Source: an uncultured Gemmatimonadales bacterium
GTDB taxonomy: Bacteria; Gemmatimonadota; Gemmatimonadetes; Gemmatimonadales; Gemmatimonadaceae
Assembly (NCBI GenBank): GCA_963793305.1
Contig: CAWBZV010000005.1
Span: forward strand, 288,001 to 352,000
Direction of reading: 5' to 3'
DNA length: 64,000 nucleotides
Position 1 is the first letter of the stretch. Each line of letters starts with the position of its first letter. The position numbers and the translations under genes are program-made. Below, in pieces: positions 30,602 through 41,267 of this stretch. The notes beneath the pieces are model-generated. The model was not told the DNA's origin. It saw only the letters and a list, made by a program, of their open reading frames with translations, and ran no database searches.

Positions 30602-30813
30602 CCAGCGTGGCCCCCGACGGCCGACGCCTAGCACCGCGAGACATTGACCGTCTGTTCGCTCTGTGCGATGCACTGACGGACTCGCTCATCTTCAAGTCGT
30701 GGCCGCCGACGCGCCGGGTATCCGTGCGGAGACTTTGGCGTCTCCATACGCAAGGGCGCCGATTGGCCGAGTACACGGCAGCGCTCATTGCACGACTCGA
30801 TCGGCGCCAATGA
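30598..30813 (+). CDS. Hypothetical protein (71 aa)
   Basis: 4-bp overlaps with both neighbours. Confidence 0.5.
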   Translation: MTSVAPDGRRLAPRDIDRLFALCDALTDSLIFKSWPPTRRVSVRRLWRLHTQGRRLAEYTAALIARLDRRQ

Positions 30814-31079
30814 TCGAGCCGGCTCCCGTCGTGGGCGTGATCGGGATCGTTATACGGCGCCTCCGAAAGCGCGCGGGTATATCGCAAGAACGCCTCGCTG
30901 CCGAGTCCGGAATCGACCGGAGTTACGTCGGGCGGGTCGAGCGGCACGGGGCGAGCGTCGGCATCGCGACCATGGACGCGTTACTCACCACGATCCGCGT
31001 ATCGTGGGCCGAGTTCGGCGCCGTCCTCGACGCCGAGCTAGCCTGTGCCGCGCGCGACAAAGACCGGGGGACGCGATGA
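30810..31079 (+). CDS. XRE family HTH regulator (R-M controller-like)
   Basis: IRRLRKRAGISQERLAAESGIDRSYVGRVERH. Confidence 0.88.
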   Translation: MIEPAPVVGVIGIVIRRLRKRAGISQERLAAESGIDRSYVGRVERHGASVGIATMDALLTTIRVSWAEFGAVLDAELACAARDKDRGTR

Positions 31080-31354
31080 TCCGGCGCTACACGGCCGAGA
31101 CATCCGTGATGGTCGCGGAGATTCTAAAGCGCCATCGTCGCCGGATGAATGTCTCGCAAGAGCGCTTGGCGCACATGGCCGACGTTGACCGCACGTATGT
31201 GGGCAAGGTCGAACGTGGCATCTTGAATCCAACACTTGCTAGGTTCGACCGGTTGTTGGGTGCAATGGGCGTCACGTGGAAGGACTTCGGCGAAAGCCTC
31301 GATACGGAACTGGCCAAGCAGTTGGCAGGGTCGCCGCCGCACCCGCGCTCCTAG
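31076..31354 (+). CDS. XRE family HTH regulator (R-M controller-like), second copy
   Basis: SQERLAHMADVDRTYVGKVERGILNPTL. Confidence 0.88.
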   Translation: MIRRYTAETSVMVAEILKRHRRRMNVSQERLAHMADVDRTYVGKVERGILNPTLARFDRLLGAMGVTWKDFGESLDTELAKQLAGSPPHPRS

Positions 31355-31480
31355 CCGCTTTATGCGCCCACCCAGGGGCGGCCGCGCGCCAGCTACGCGG
31401 CGGCCCATTGAACATCGGCGTTATGGATGTTATTCGTCCAGTGGTTCCATAAACCACTAACCACAAACCCACGAGGTGAA

Positions 31481-31777
31481 ATGGCGTACTGGCAACCGCA
31501 GAACGGCGTGTTCAAGGATAGAGCGGGGAACTACCACATCCGCCTGTACGCGCGCGACAAGTGGGGGATCGAGTGGCGTGCGGAGGTTCCGCTTCAAGGA
31601 CGTGTGCCGGCTGCGGTGGCCGCCCGAGTGCTAGGGGTCAGTCCACAGACGATCAGCAACTGGATCGCGTCCGGAGGTTTTTCGACGGCGGCCCGAATTG
31701 TAGGGAACGCGCGCACCGTAGCGGTGCGGGACATTGTCGCTCTAGCTGTCAAAAATGGGTGGGTACAGCCCGAGTAG
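31481..31777 (+). CDS. Small protein with C-terminal HTH
   Basis: GAGGTG RBS; AAVAARVLGVSPQTISNWIASG. Confidence 0.7.
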   Translation: MAYWQPQNGVFKDRAGNYHIRLYARDKWGIEWRAEVPLQGRVPAAVAARVLGVSPQTISNWIASGGFSTAARIVGNARTVAVRDIVALAVKNGWVQPE

Positions 31778-31809
31778 AGATCGTTTGCAAACCACTTAGG
31801 GAGGAGAAC

Positions 31810-31962
31810 ATGTCGCCGACAAAACGGGAATTAGAGGACCGGGTCGATGAATTGGAGTCGCTTGTAGAGGATCTCACGGAGCGCGGGCGCCAGGCCCTCG
31901 GCTACGATAACGCCGAGGATGCAAGCGAATCCGATCAGGATTCGTCCGAGGACGACGAGTGA
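31810..31962 (+). CDS. Very acidic 50-aa protein
   Basis: GGAGGAG RBS; MSPTKRELEDRVDELESLVEDL...DSSEDDE (19 of 50 residues D/E). Confidence 0.65.
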   Translation: MSPTKRELEDRVDELESLVEDLTERGRQALGYDNAEDASESDQDSSEDDE

Positions 31963-31976
31963 ACGGCACGAAACGC

Positions 31977-32011
31977 AGACCGCCCGCACGATCGGACTAG
32001 GCGGGCGGTCT
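31977..32011. terminator. Perfect 11-bp hairpin between the small-gene cluster and xis
   Basis: AGACCGCCCGC-N13-GCGGGCGGTCT; no U-tract. Confidence 0.45.
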
Positions 32012-32075
32012 ACGATCCCCTAACCCTCAGCGGTTAGCCGTTCGCCCGGCCCGCTGATTGATCGGAGTTAGCAGA

Positions 32076-32357
32076 ATGCATTCCGATGACCGAAAGATCC
32101 CCCCAGTGGAGCCAGAACACAACGGGCGCGATTCCGTTGCCGGCTCACCTGCCGATCCATTGCTCAAACCGCGCGATGCTGCGCGATACCTCGCGATGTC
32201 GATTCGGCAACTCAGCGACCGGCCGGATATTCCGCGCGTAGACACCGCGCGCTCTGGCGCGAGACGGCGGCAAATCCGCTATCGCAAGAGTGACCTCGAC
32301 CGCTTCATAGTGTCGCGTCAGATCGGCCAGATGACCTTTCCGTGGGGGGCCGACTAA
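32076..32357 (+). CDS. Excisionase-like HTH protein
   Basis: LLKPRDAARYLAMS...IRYRKSDLDRFI; TAATG overlap with the integrase. Confidence 0.8.
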   Translation: MHSDDRKIPPVEPEHNGRDSVAGSPADPLLKPRDAARYLAMSIRQLSDRPDIPRVDTARSGARRRQIRYRKSDLDRFIVSRQIGQMTFPWGAD

Positions 32358-33442
32358 TGTGGCGCCGTGGCCGACAATACTGGAGTTGGGTCTACACGAG
32401 CGAGGGCCGCGTTCGGCGGTCCCTCGATACCGCGGACTCGACAACGGCGCGCGAAATCGAACGAATGCTGGGCACGCTCCGCGAGCGTCGCGAATGGCGA
32501 TTGCTCAACGCGGCGGCGCGCGGTAGCCTCGGGGTGGGGAAGTTGCTCGACTTCTGGCGCCGCGAGGGCGACGGCATCGCGGAGCTGCGCGCGCAGCTCG
32601 ACGACGTAAACCTGAACGACCATGTCGATGGCTGGCGCACGTGGGTTTGCGGTCACGCAGACGAGTCCACGGCCGACACGTACGTTCGGCAACTGCGCGC
32701 CCTCATTCCCGACGACAAGCCGTTTTTGCGGTCCGCGTTCACGCGCGTGACAATCTTCACGGCCCTGTACGCGCTGGCGGGTAGTAACTCGACCAAGAAG
32801 AGATACGCCGCCGCGTGGTCATCCTTCTCGCGGTACCTGGTCGAGCGGGAAGTGCTGGAGTCGAACCCGTTGCGTTTGATCACCGTGCCGAGCAACAACA
32901 AGCCTCGCGAGATATGGCTTGATCTTCCCGACTCGACTCGTCTCGTCAAAGCGCAGCCGGCGCCGTTCCGCGCGATGGCCGCGTTGCGCGAGGGCGCGGG
33001 CGTCGAGATTTCGGCGGCACTTACGGTGCGGCGCCGAGACGTTGACGAGCGCGGTCACATTGTGCACGTCCACGGGACCAAGAACGCCCGCCGGGACCGG
33101 GCCGTGTTGGTCGACGATTGGGCATGGCCGATCTTCATGGAGGCTGTGCGGGGCAAGCTGCCGGATGCCCTGTTGTTCGACGGCGTGACGAGGTTCGTCG
33201 CGCTCAACGTCCATCGGGCGGCCGTGAAGGCGCTCGGCCTGCCCTCCGCGTATACCATGCACGACAGCCGGCACAGCTACGCCGTGCGGTGGATGAAGGC
33301 CGGGGCGAACCCCCAGGACATCGCCAACAACCTCGGTCACCGGGACGCGTCCCAGGTGATCAAGTGCTATGGGAAGTACCGGCACTCTCTGGACGATCTG
33401 CGCCGCGCCCGCGAGGCCCGGAAGGGAAGGGCATCGCGATGA
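32357..33442 (+). CDS. Tyrosine recombinase/integrase
   Basis: SNPL, HGTKN, HDSRHSYA, LGH...Y; adjacent to the tRNA att site. Confidence 0.9.
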   Translation: MWRRGRQYWSWVYTSEGRVRRSLDTADSTTAREIERMLGTLRERREWRLLNAAARGSLGVGKLLDFWRREGDGIAELRAQLDDVNLNDHVDGWRTWVCGHADESTADTYVRQLRALIPDDKPFLRSAFTRVTIFTALYALAGSNSTKKRYAAAWSSFSRYLVEREVLESNPLRLITVPSNNKPREIWLDLPDSTRLVKAQPAPFRAMAALREGAGVEISAALTVRRRDVDERGHIVHVHGTKNARRDRAVLVDDWAWPIFMEAVRGKLPDALLFDGVTRFVALNVHRAAVKALGLPSAYTMHDSRHSYAVRWMKAGANPQDIANNLGHRDASQVIKCYGKYRHSLDDLRRAREARKGRASR

Positions 33443-33531
33443 GCGCGGTCACGATTCTGGTCACAGCGCCCGCCGCTACCGCTTCGCCCGCGGCCGCTGA
33501 TGAGAGCGCAAATCGCGGTGCTGTACCGACA

Positions 33532-33613
33532 TGCTCGGAGCGGGACTCGAACCCGCACGTCTTTCGACACAGGATCCTAAGTCCTGCGCGTCTGCCAGTT
33601 TCGCCACCCGAGC
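33532..33613 (-). tRNA. tRNA-Leu (anticodon TAG), 82 nt, no encoded CCA
   Basis: GCTCGGGTGGCGAAACTGGCAGACGCG-CAGGA CTTAGGA TCCTG-long variable arm-GCGGGTTCGAGTCCCGC-TCCGAGCA. Confidence 0.95.
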
Positions 33614-33660
33614 CAGATTGCCGCTTCGCAGCAATCTAGCTCGGTGGGCGAAATTGGCGA

Positions 33661-35203
33661 TCAGCCGCCGATCTTCAGGCTGACCACTCGCTTGCCGCAG
33701 GGTCCCTGCGGTTGCGGCGAGCAGACGAGGAGGGTGACGAAGTCCCCGGACTTGGTGCGCGAGAGCGCGTTCTGCAGCTCGGGCACCGTATGCACGTCGC
33801 GCTTGGGCTGCGGATACAGCACCTCGAGGATCACGTCACTCGGCTGCAGCTTGCCCCGAGCGGGACCGTTGGTGTTGACGTCGGTCACCTGCAATCCACG
33901 GTCGTCGCTGGTCAGCTGGTTCGCCTGCGCGAACTCCGCGCTCACGGGCTCGACGGTGATACCGAGCTTCTCGGTGCTCGCGCCCTCGGGCGGCTTCACG
34001 ACCGAGTCGGAGGCATCCGCGATCTGCTCCTCCGACGGCGCCTGCATGAGATGCACGGTGAACGTCTTCTTGTCACCGAACCGCATGACATCGAGCGTGA
34101 CCGTCTGCCCGGGCTCGTGCATCCGGATGATGCGCTGCAGGGTACTCACGCGATCGACCGGCTTCCCATCGGCGCCGACAATGATATCGCCGACTTCGAG
34201 CCCGGCTTTCTGCGCGGGGCTCGAGCCGTCGGACGGCTGGAAGCCGCCGACTTTCGCACCGCCGATCGACTTGAGGCCAGCCGCGCCTGCGTCCTCGGGA
34301 TCCACCGGCGCGATCGAGATGCCGATCACGGCGCGCCGCACCTTGCCATACTTGATGATCTCGTCCATGACGCCCTTGGCGAGCGTGATCGGAATCGCGA
34401 AGCCGTAGCCGGAGTAGTAGCCGGTCGGGCTGGCGATCGCGCTGTTGATGCCGATCACGTCACCGTGCCCGTCGACCAGCGGGCCGCCCGAGTTGCCGGG
34501 GTTGATCGCCGCGTCGGTCTGGAGGAAGTCGGAGACCGCGTACTTGGACGGCAGCAGGCCTTGCAGCTCGACACCACCGCGCCCTTTCGCGCTCAGGATT
34601 CCCGCGGTGACGGTCTCGCGGAGACCGAGCGGGTTGCCGATCGCCAGGACCCACTCGCCGACCTTGGCCGAGTAGTCATCGCCCAGGCTGACGGTCGGAA
34701 GATCCGTCGCGTCGATCTTGATCACGGCCACGTCGGTCGTGGGATCGCGGCCGATCACCTTGGCCTTGAACACGCGCTGGTCATCGAGCGTCACCGTCAC
34801 CCGGTCGGCGTCCGCGACGACGTGGTTGTTGGTGAGGATGTAGCCGTCGGCCGAGACTACGAAGCCCGAGCCGCTCGCTTCCCGAGGCTCGGGGCGCTGC
34901 GGGGCCGAACTGTTGGAAGAAATCTTCGAGGCCGGGAGGCACGCGGCCGCGCGTGCGCGGATCCGTGGGCCGTGCCTCGCTCGTCGTCGTGATCGACACC
35001 ACGGCCGGCGTCACGTGGGCGGCGATCGAAACGAAACTATTGCTGAAGTCCGCGACAGGACGGGTGTCCTGGACTGGTGGCTTCGAGGTGGTCTGCGCGA
35101 AGCTCTTGTGCGTGAGGTCGAGGGCGGAGGCGAGCAAAAGGCCGCCGAAGAATGCCCCGACGATCGCACCGCCGATTCGCGCCTTGGCGAACGCTGGTGA
35201 CAT
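33661..35203 (-). CDS. degP: DegP/HtrA periplasmic serine protease with two PDZ domains (+1 frameshift near 34902)
   Basis: SGSGFVVS..YILTNNHVV, TDVAVIKI, QTDAAINPGNSGGPL. Confidence 0.9.
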
Positions 35204-35331
35204 CGACTGTTCCGGTGCTAAGGGTTACTCAAATCTACACTGCCCGGGACGATAAAGTTCGGGCACGGCTACTCATAAGACGCTCATCTAGCGCCTGTGG
35301 TTTACCACAAAAAGTGCACAAAGGCAGATAT

Positions 35332-35554
35332 ACAAAGGGCCACCCGCGGCTAACGCCGCGAGGGCCCTGTGATCTGGCGATCGCCTTCCACGCCCGAGGG
35401 CTGCCGTGTCTGCACGAAGGGCCCGCGTGACTGACGCCACGAGAGCCCTTGTGATCCGCCGATCCAGCGCGTCGATCGTTCGTCCAGTTCAAGCCGGACG
35501 CTTGGTCGATGCAGCCGACGCCTCACGGAGCGTAAGCGACGTGAGGTCGTCGGC
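35332..35554. repeat. Cluster of palindromic REP-like elements downstream of dnaK
   Basis: Two related ~43-bp palindromes (35332-35374, 35414-35456) and hairpin GCCGACG-CCTCACG...CGTGAGG-T-CGTCGGC (35514-35554). Confidence 0.6.
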
Positions 35555-35561
35555 CAATTTC

Positions 35562-37511
<1,950 letters not shown>

Positions 37512-37605
37512 TGAGTCCCTCTGATGGTGACTGGTGTTGACGCCGAGAGAGGCATGGCAAGCCTAAGGCCCACATTCTCGGCCAAACTGGCAGCACTGAG
37601 GCCGC

Positions 37606-38358
37606 ATGATCCCGCTTGGCGATGACGTTCCGACAGTCCGGACGCCGTATGCGACGTACGCAATCATCATCATCTGCTTTCTTGTCTGGATCTTCTACCA
37701 GGGCGCCGGACTCGACGCGGTCCGCCTGGCGACGACCGTTTGCAATACGGGGATGGTCCCCGGAGAACTGACCCACCTCGCTCCCATCGGACAATCCGTG
37801 CCGCTGGGTCCTAATCTGTCCTGCGCGGTCGATAACGACCCCATCAATATCCTGACGCCACTGATCTCAATGTTCCTGCACGGCGGTTGGGCGCACATCC
37901 TGGGGAACATGCTCTACCTGTTCGTCTTCGGCCGGGCGGTCGAGGACAGCATGGGCAGCGTCCGGTTCGCCTTTTTCTATATCATCTGCGGCCTGGTCGC
38001 CGCCGCCACCCACATCGCGTTCAACTCGGCTTCGCCAGTGCCGACGGTCGGCGCCTCTGGCGCGATCTCAGGCGTCATGGGTGCCTATCTCGTCATGTAC
38101 CCGACCGCCCGGGTTCGGATGTTCTTCATCATTTTCATCGTACGCTTCCCGGCGTGGCTGGTGCTCGTCTGGTGGTTCCTGACGCAGGCCGTGACCGGCC
38201 TGGAGCAACTGAACCAGATCAACGCCAACGCTGGGAACGGCGTCGCCGTGTGGGCTCACGTCGGCGGATTCATCTGCGGAGCGATCCTCGCCAAGTTCTT
38301 CGTAAATCCTTCGCATGTGCAGAGCCGGATGGATCGCGTCCGATTGCGCACTATATAG
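37606..38358 (+). CDS. Rhomboid family intramembrane serine protease
   Basis: FLHGGWAHILGNM, GASGAISG, AHVGGF. Confidence 0.93.
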   Translation: MIPLGDDVPTVRTPYATYAIIIICFLVWIFYQGAGLDAVRLATTVCNTGMVPGELTHLAPIGQSVPLGPNLSCAVDNDPINILTPLISMFLHGGWAHILGNMLYLFVFGRAVEDSMGSVRFAFFYIICGLVAAATHIAFNSASPVPTVGASGAISGVMGAYLVMYPTARVRMFFIIFIVRFPAWLVLVWWFLTQAVTGLEQLNQINANAGNGVAVWAHVGGFICGAILAKFFVNPSHVQSRMDRVRLRTI

Positions 38359-38367
38359 ATTCGACAA

Positions 38368-39096
38368 GTGCCGCGTGGCGTAGTCTACCGTGCCGAAGCT
38401 GGGCGACTCGGTGATTGGATCGACCATACGCTGCTCCGCGCCGATGCTACGGCAGCGGAGATAGACCGGCTGTGCTCGGAAGCGGTGACGCACCGGTTCG
38501 CGGCAGTCTGCGTGAATCCACAGTGGGTCGGCCGGTGCCGGGAAACACTTGGTCTACGGACCAACATCGCGGTGGCGACTGTCGTCGGATTTCCACTCGG
38601 CGCGTCGACCTCGACCGTCAAGGCCGCCGAGGCGGCCGCCGCGGTCGACCAGGGGGCCGCCGAGCTCGACATGGTCACCGCGCTAGGGGCGATCAAGGAC
38701 GGGGATTGGGAGTATGTCGAACGCGATATCCGGTCAGTTGTCGAAGCCGCCGATGGGGCGCTCGTGAAGGTCATCATCGAGTCGGCGACGCTGACGCCAA
38801 CCGAAATCTTCCGCTCGTGTCGCGTGGCGCGCGAAGCGGGCGCGAACTATGTGAAGACCAGCACCGGTATGCACCCCGCCGGCGGAGCAACTCCCGCGGC
38901 CGTCGCGCTGATGCGCCTGGCCGTCGGTGACGACCTCGGCGTCAAGGCGGCGGGCGGCATACGAGACTGCGCGGCAGCCTTCGCCCTCATCGAAAGCGGC
39001 GCAACCCGCATCGGCACCTCAGGCGGCGTTGCCCTGGCGGACTGCGTAGGCCCCGCTCCAAAACCTATCTGCGAGCTCTTTGGGAGATGGCAGTGA
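38368..39096 (+). CDS. deoC: Deoxyribose-phosphate aldolase
   Basis: IDHTLL, VVGFPLG, KVIIES, VKTSTG, VKAAGGIR. Confidence 0.95.
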   Translation: MPRGVVYRAEAGRLGDWIDHTLLRADATAAEIDRLCSEAVTHRFAAVCVNPQWVGRCRETLGLRTNIAVATVVGFPLGASTSTVKAAEAAAAVDQGAAELDMVTALGAIKDGDWEYVERDIRSVVEAADGALVKVIIESATLTPTEIFRSCRVAREAGANYVKTSTGMHPAGGATPAAVALMRLAVGDDLGVKAAGGIRDCAAAFALIESGATRIGTSGGVALADCVGPAPKPICELFGRWQ

Positions 39097-41267
39097 CCAT
39101 TACGGACACGATCGGACCCGGCACCACTCAGCCGGCACACTTTCTCAACCGCGAGCTCTCCTGGCTCGAGTTCAACGCCCGCGTTCTGCAGGAGGCGTTC
39201 GACGCGCGCAATCCACTCCTCGAGCGCGTCAAGTTCGTGGCGATTTTCAGCTCGAACCTGGATGAGTTCTATACCGTTCGCGTCGCCGGCCTCCGACGTC
39301 AAGTCGCCGCGGGCATCGCGCTGCCGTCGCCCGACGGACTCACGCCTTCGGAGCAACTCGCGGCGATCACTGTCCGCGTAAACGATCTGCTGGCGCAGCG
39401 CCGCAAGGTCCTCCACGAGCTGCTCCTGCCCGCGCTGGCCGAGCGCAGCGTCCGCCTGGTCGCCATGCCGGATCTGACGCCTCCCGAATGGCTGACCGTG
39501 GACGAGTTCTTCGAGTCCCAGGTGTTCCCGGTGCTGACGCCCCTCGCGGTCGACCCGGGTCACCCGTTCCCCTATATCTCGAATCTGTCCCTGTCGCTCG
39601 CCGTCGAAATACGCGACCCGGTGAGCAAGACCGACCATTTCGCGCGCGTGAAGGTCCCAAAGAGCCTCCCACGCTGGGTCCCGTTTGGACGCAACTACTG
39701 CTTCATCCCACTCGAGCAAGTCATTGGCACGAACCTCGGCGCCCTCTTCCCGGGAATGGAAATTCTCGGCTGGCACGCCTTTCGAGTCACCCGCTATACG
39801 GATCTGGAGTTGGCCAAAGTTGACGAGGCCGAAGACCTGCTCGAGATGATCGAGCAGCAGGTGTTCGAGCGCCGCTTCAGCGAAGTCGTGCGCCTCGAGG
39901 TCCAGCCGACGATGCCCGCGCATCTCCGCTCGCTGCTCCTCGAAGAACTGCGCGAAGAGACATTGGCCAACCTCCCGCCACTCACCGAGGCAGACGTTCA
40001 GGAGGCCGACCCGCTCCTCGACTTGGGCGACCTCATGTCGCTGCTACACATCGATCTCCCGGACCTCAAGGATCCACCGTTCACCGCCATCGTCCCACCG
40101 GAGTTCCGCGAAGTCGGGCACTCGCACCTGACGGTGTTCGACGCGATCCGCGAACGGGATGTGCTCGTGCACCATCCGTTCGAGTCGTTCCAAGCGTCCG
40201 TCGAGCAATTCTTGAAGGCCGCCGCCCAAGACCCGGCCGTGCAAGCGATCAAGATGACGCTCTACCGCACATCCGGCGACGCGTCCATCGTCCACGCGCT
40301 GACCGAAGCGGCCATGCTCGGCAAGCAAGTCGCCGTGCTCGTCGAGCTCCAAGCGCGCGGCGACGAGTCCAACAACATCTCCTGGGCGCGCACACTGGAA
40401 AATGCGGGCGTGCACGTGGCCTATGGTGTGCCGGGCCTCAAAACGCACGCCAAAACAACGTTGGTCGTTCGCCGCGACGCCGACGGCCTGCGCCGCTACG
40501 TGCACATCGGGACGGGGAATTACAACTCGTCGACGTCGAAACTCTATACCGATATCGGCCTGTTCACCTGCAGCCCGTCGATCGGCGCCGATGTCAGCGA
40601 TCTGTTCAACTCGCTGACAGGCTATTCGCGTCAACGCCTCTACCGCAAGCTGCTCGTCGCCCCGGCCAACATGCTCGGCCGATTCCTCGAGCTGATCGAA
40701 CGCGAGGCGCAACTCGCGCGCGATGGAAAGGGCGGAAAGATTGTCGCCAAGCTCAACGCGCTCGTGCATCCCGAAGTCATCGAGACGCTCTATCGCGCAT
40801 CGCAAGCCGGCGCCGAGATCGATTTGATCATCCGCGGTATCTGCTGCTTGAAGCCTGGCGTCGAGGGACTGAGCGAGCGTATTCGGGTCAGCAGCATCAT
40901 CGGACGATTCCTCGAGCACTCGCGCATCTGGAAGTTCGCCAACGCCGGCCAGCCCGAGTACTACATCGGCTCAGCCGACTGGATGCCACGCAACCTCGAG
41001 CGCCGGGTCGAATGCGTGACGCCGGTCGATGATGTCGCGCTGCACGCCCGACTCGACTCGGTGCTCGCCACGGACCTGGCGGACAATCGCCTCGCGTGGG
41101 ACCTCGCTGGGGACGGCTCATACCAGCAGCGCCAGCCGAACGGGCAGCCCGAGCGCGCCAGTCAGAAAATTTTGATCCGCGAGCCGTGGGGCCGCGTCGG
41201 CGACGACGGTGTGGCTCCGGCGCGCCCGAGCGGTGAGCGCTTGCGGCCGGAAGCTTCTGCCGGGTGA
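39087..41267 (+). CDS. ppk1: Polyphosphate kinase 1
   Basis: NRELSWLEFNARVL, SNLDEF, KTHAK, RFLEHSRI. Confidence 0.97.
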   Translation: MAVTITDTIGPGTTQPAHFLNRELSWLEFNARVLQEAFDARNPLLERVKFVAIFSSNLDEFYTVRVAGLRRQVAAGIALPSPDGLTPSEQLAAITVRVNDLLAQRRKVLHELLLPALAERSVRLVAMPDLTPPEWLTVDEFFESQVFPVLTPLAVDPGHPFPYISNLSLSLAVEIRDPVSKTDHFARVKVPKSLPRWVPFGRNYCFIPLEQVIGTNLGALFPGMEILGWHAFRVTRYTDLELAKVDEAEDLLEMIEQQVFERRFSEVVRLEVQPTMPAHLRSLLLEELREETLANLPPLTEADVQEADPLLDLGDLMSLLHIDLPDLKDPPFTAIVPPEFREVGHSHLTVFDAIRERDVLVHHPFESFQASVEQFLKAAAQDPAVQAIKMTLYRTSGDASIVHALTEAAMLGKQVAVLVELQARGDESNNISWARTLENAGVHVAYGVPGLKTHAKTTLVVRRDADGLRRYVHIGTGNYNSSTSKLYTDIGLFTCSPSIGADVSDLFNSLTGYSRQRLYRKLLVAPANMLGRFLELIEREAQLARDGKGGKIVAKLNALVHPEVIETLYRASQAGAEIDLIIRGICCLKPGVEGLSERIRVSSIIGRFLEHSRIWKFANAGQPEYYIGSADWMPRNLERRVECVTPVDDVALHARLDSVLATDLADNRLAWDLAGDGSYQQRQPNGQPERASQKILIREPWGRVGDDGVAPARPSGERLRPEASAG

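Larger units (their letters stand above)
28345..33582. mobile_element. About 5.2-kb tRNA-Leu-integrated element with rolling-circle Rep, excisionase and tyrosine integrase
   Basis: Flanking tRNA-derived direct repeats, int and xis next to the intact tRNA, HUH Rep, paired arm-like repeats. Confidence 0.9.

Noticed and set aside
30810..31354. Restriction-modification or toxin-antitoxin system
   Set aside because: No methyltransferase, nuclease or recognisable toxin motif lies next to the XRE or RHH genes
28345..33582. Complete inovirus or tailed prophage, or ICE
   Set aside because: No Zot/pI ATPase, structural cluster, terminase or conjugation genes are recognisable
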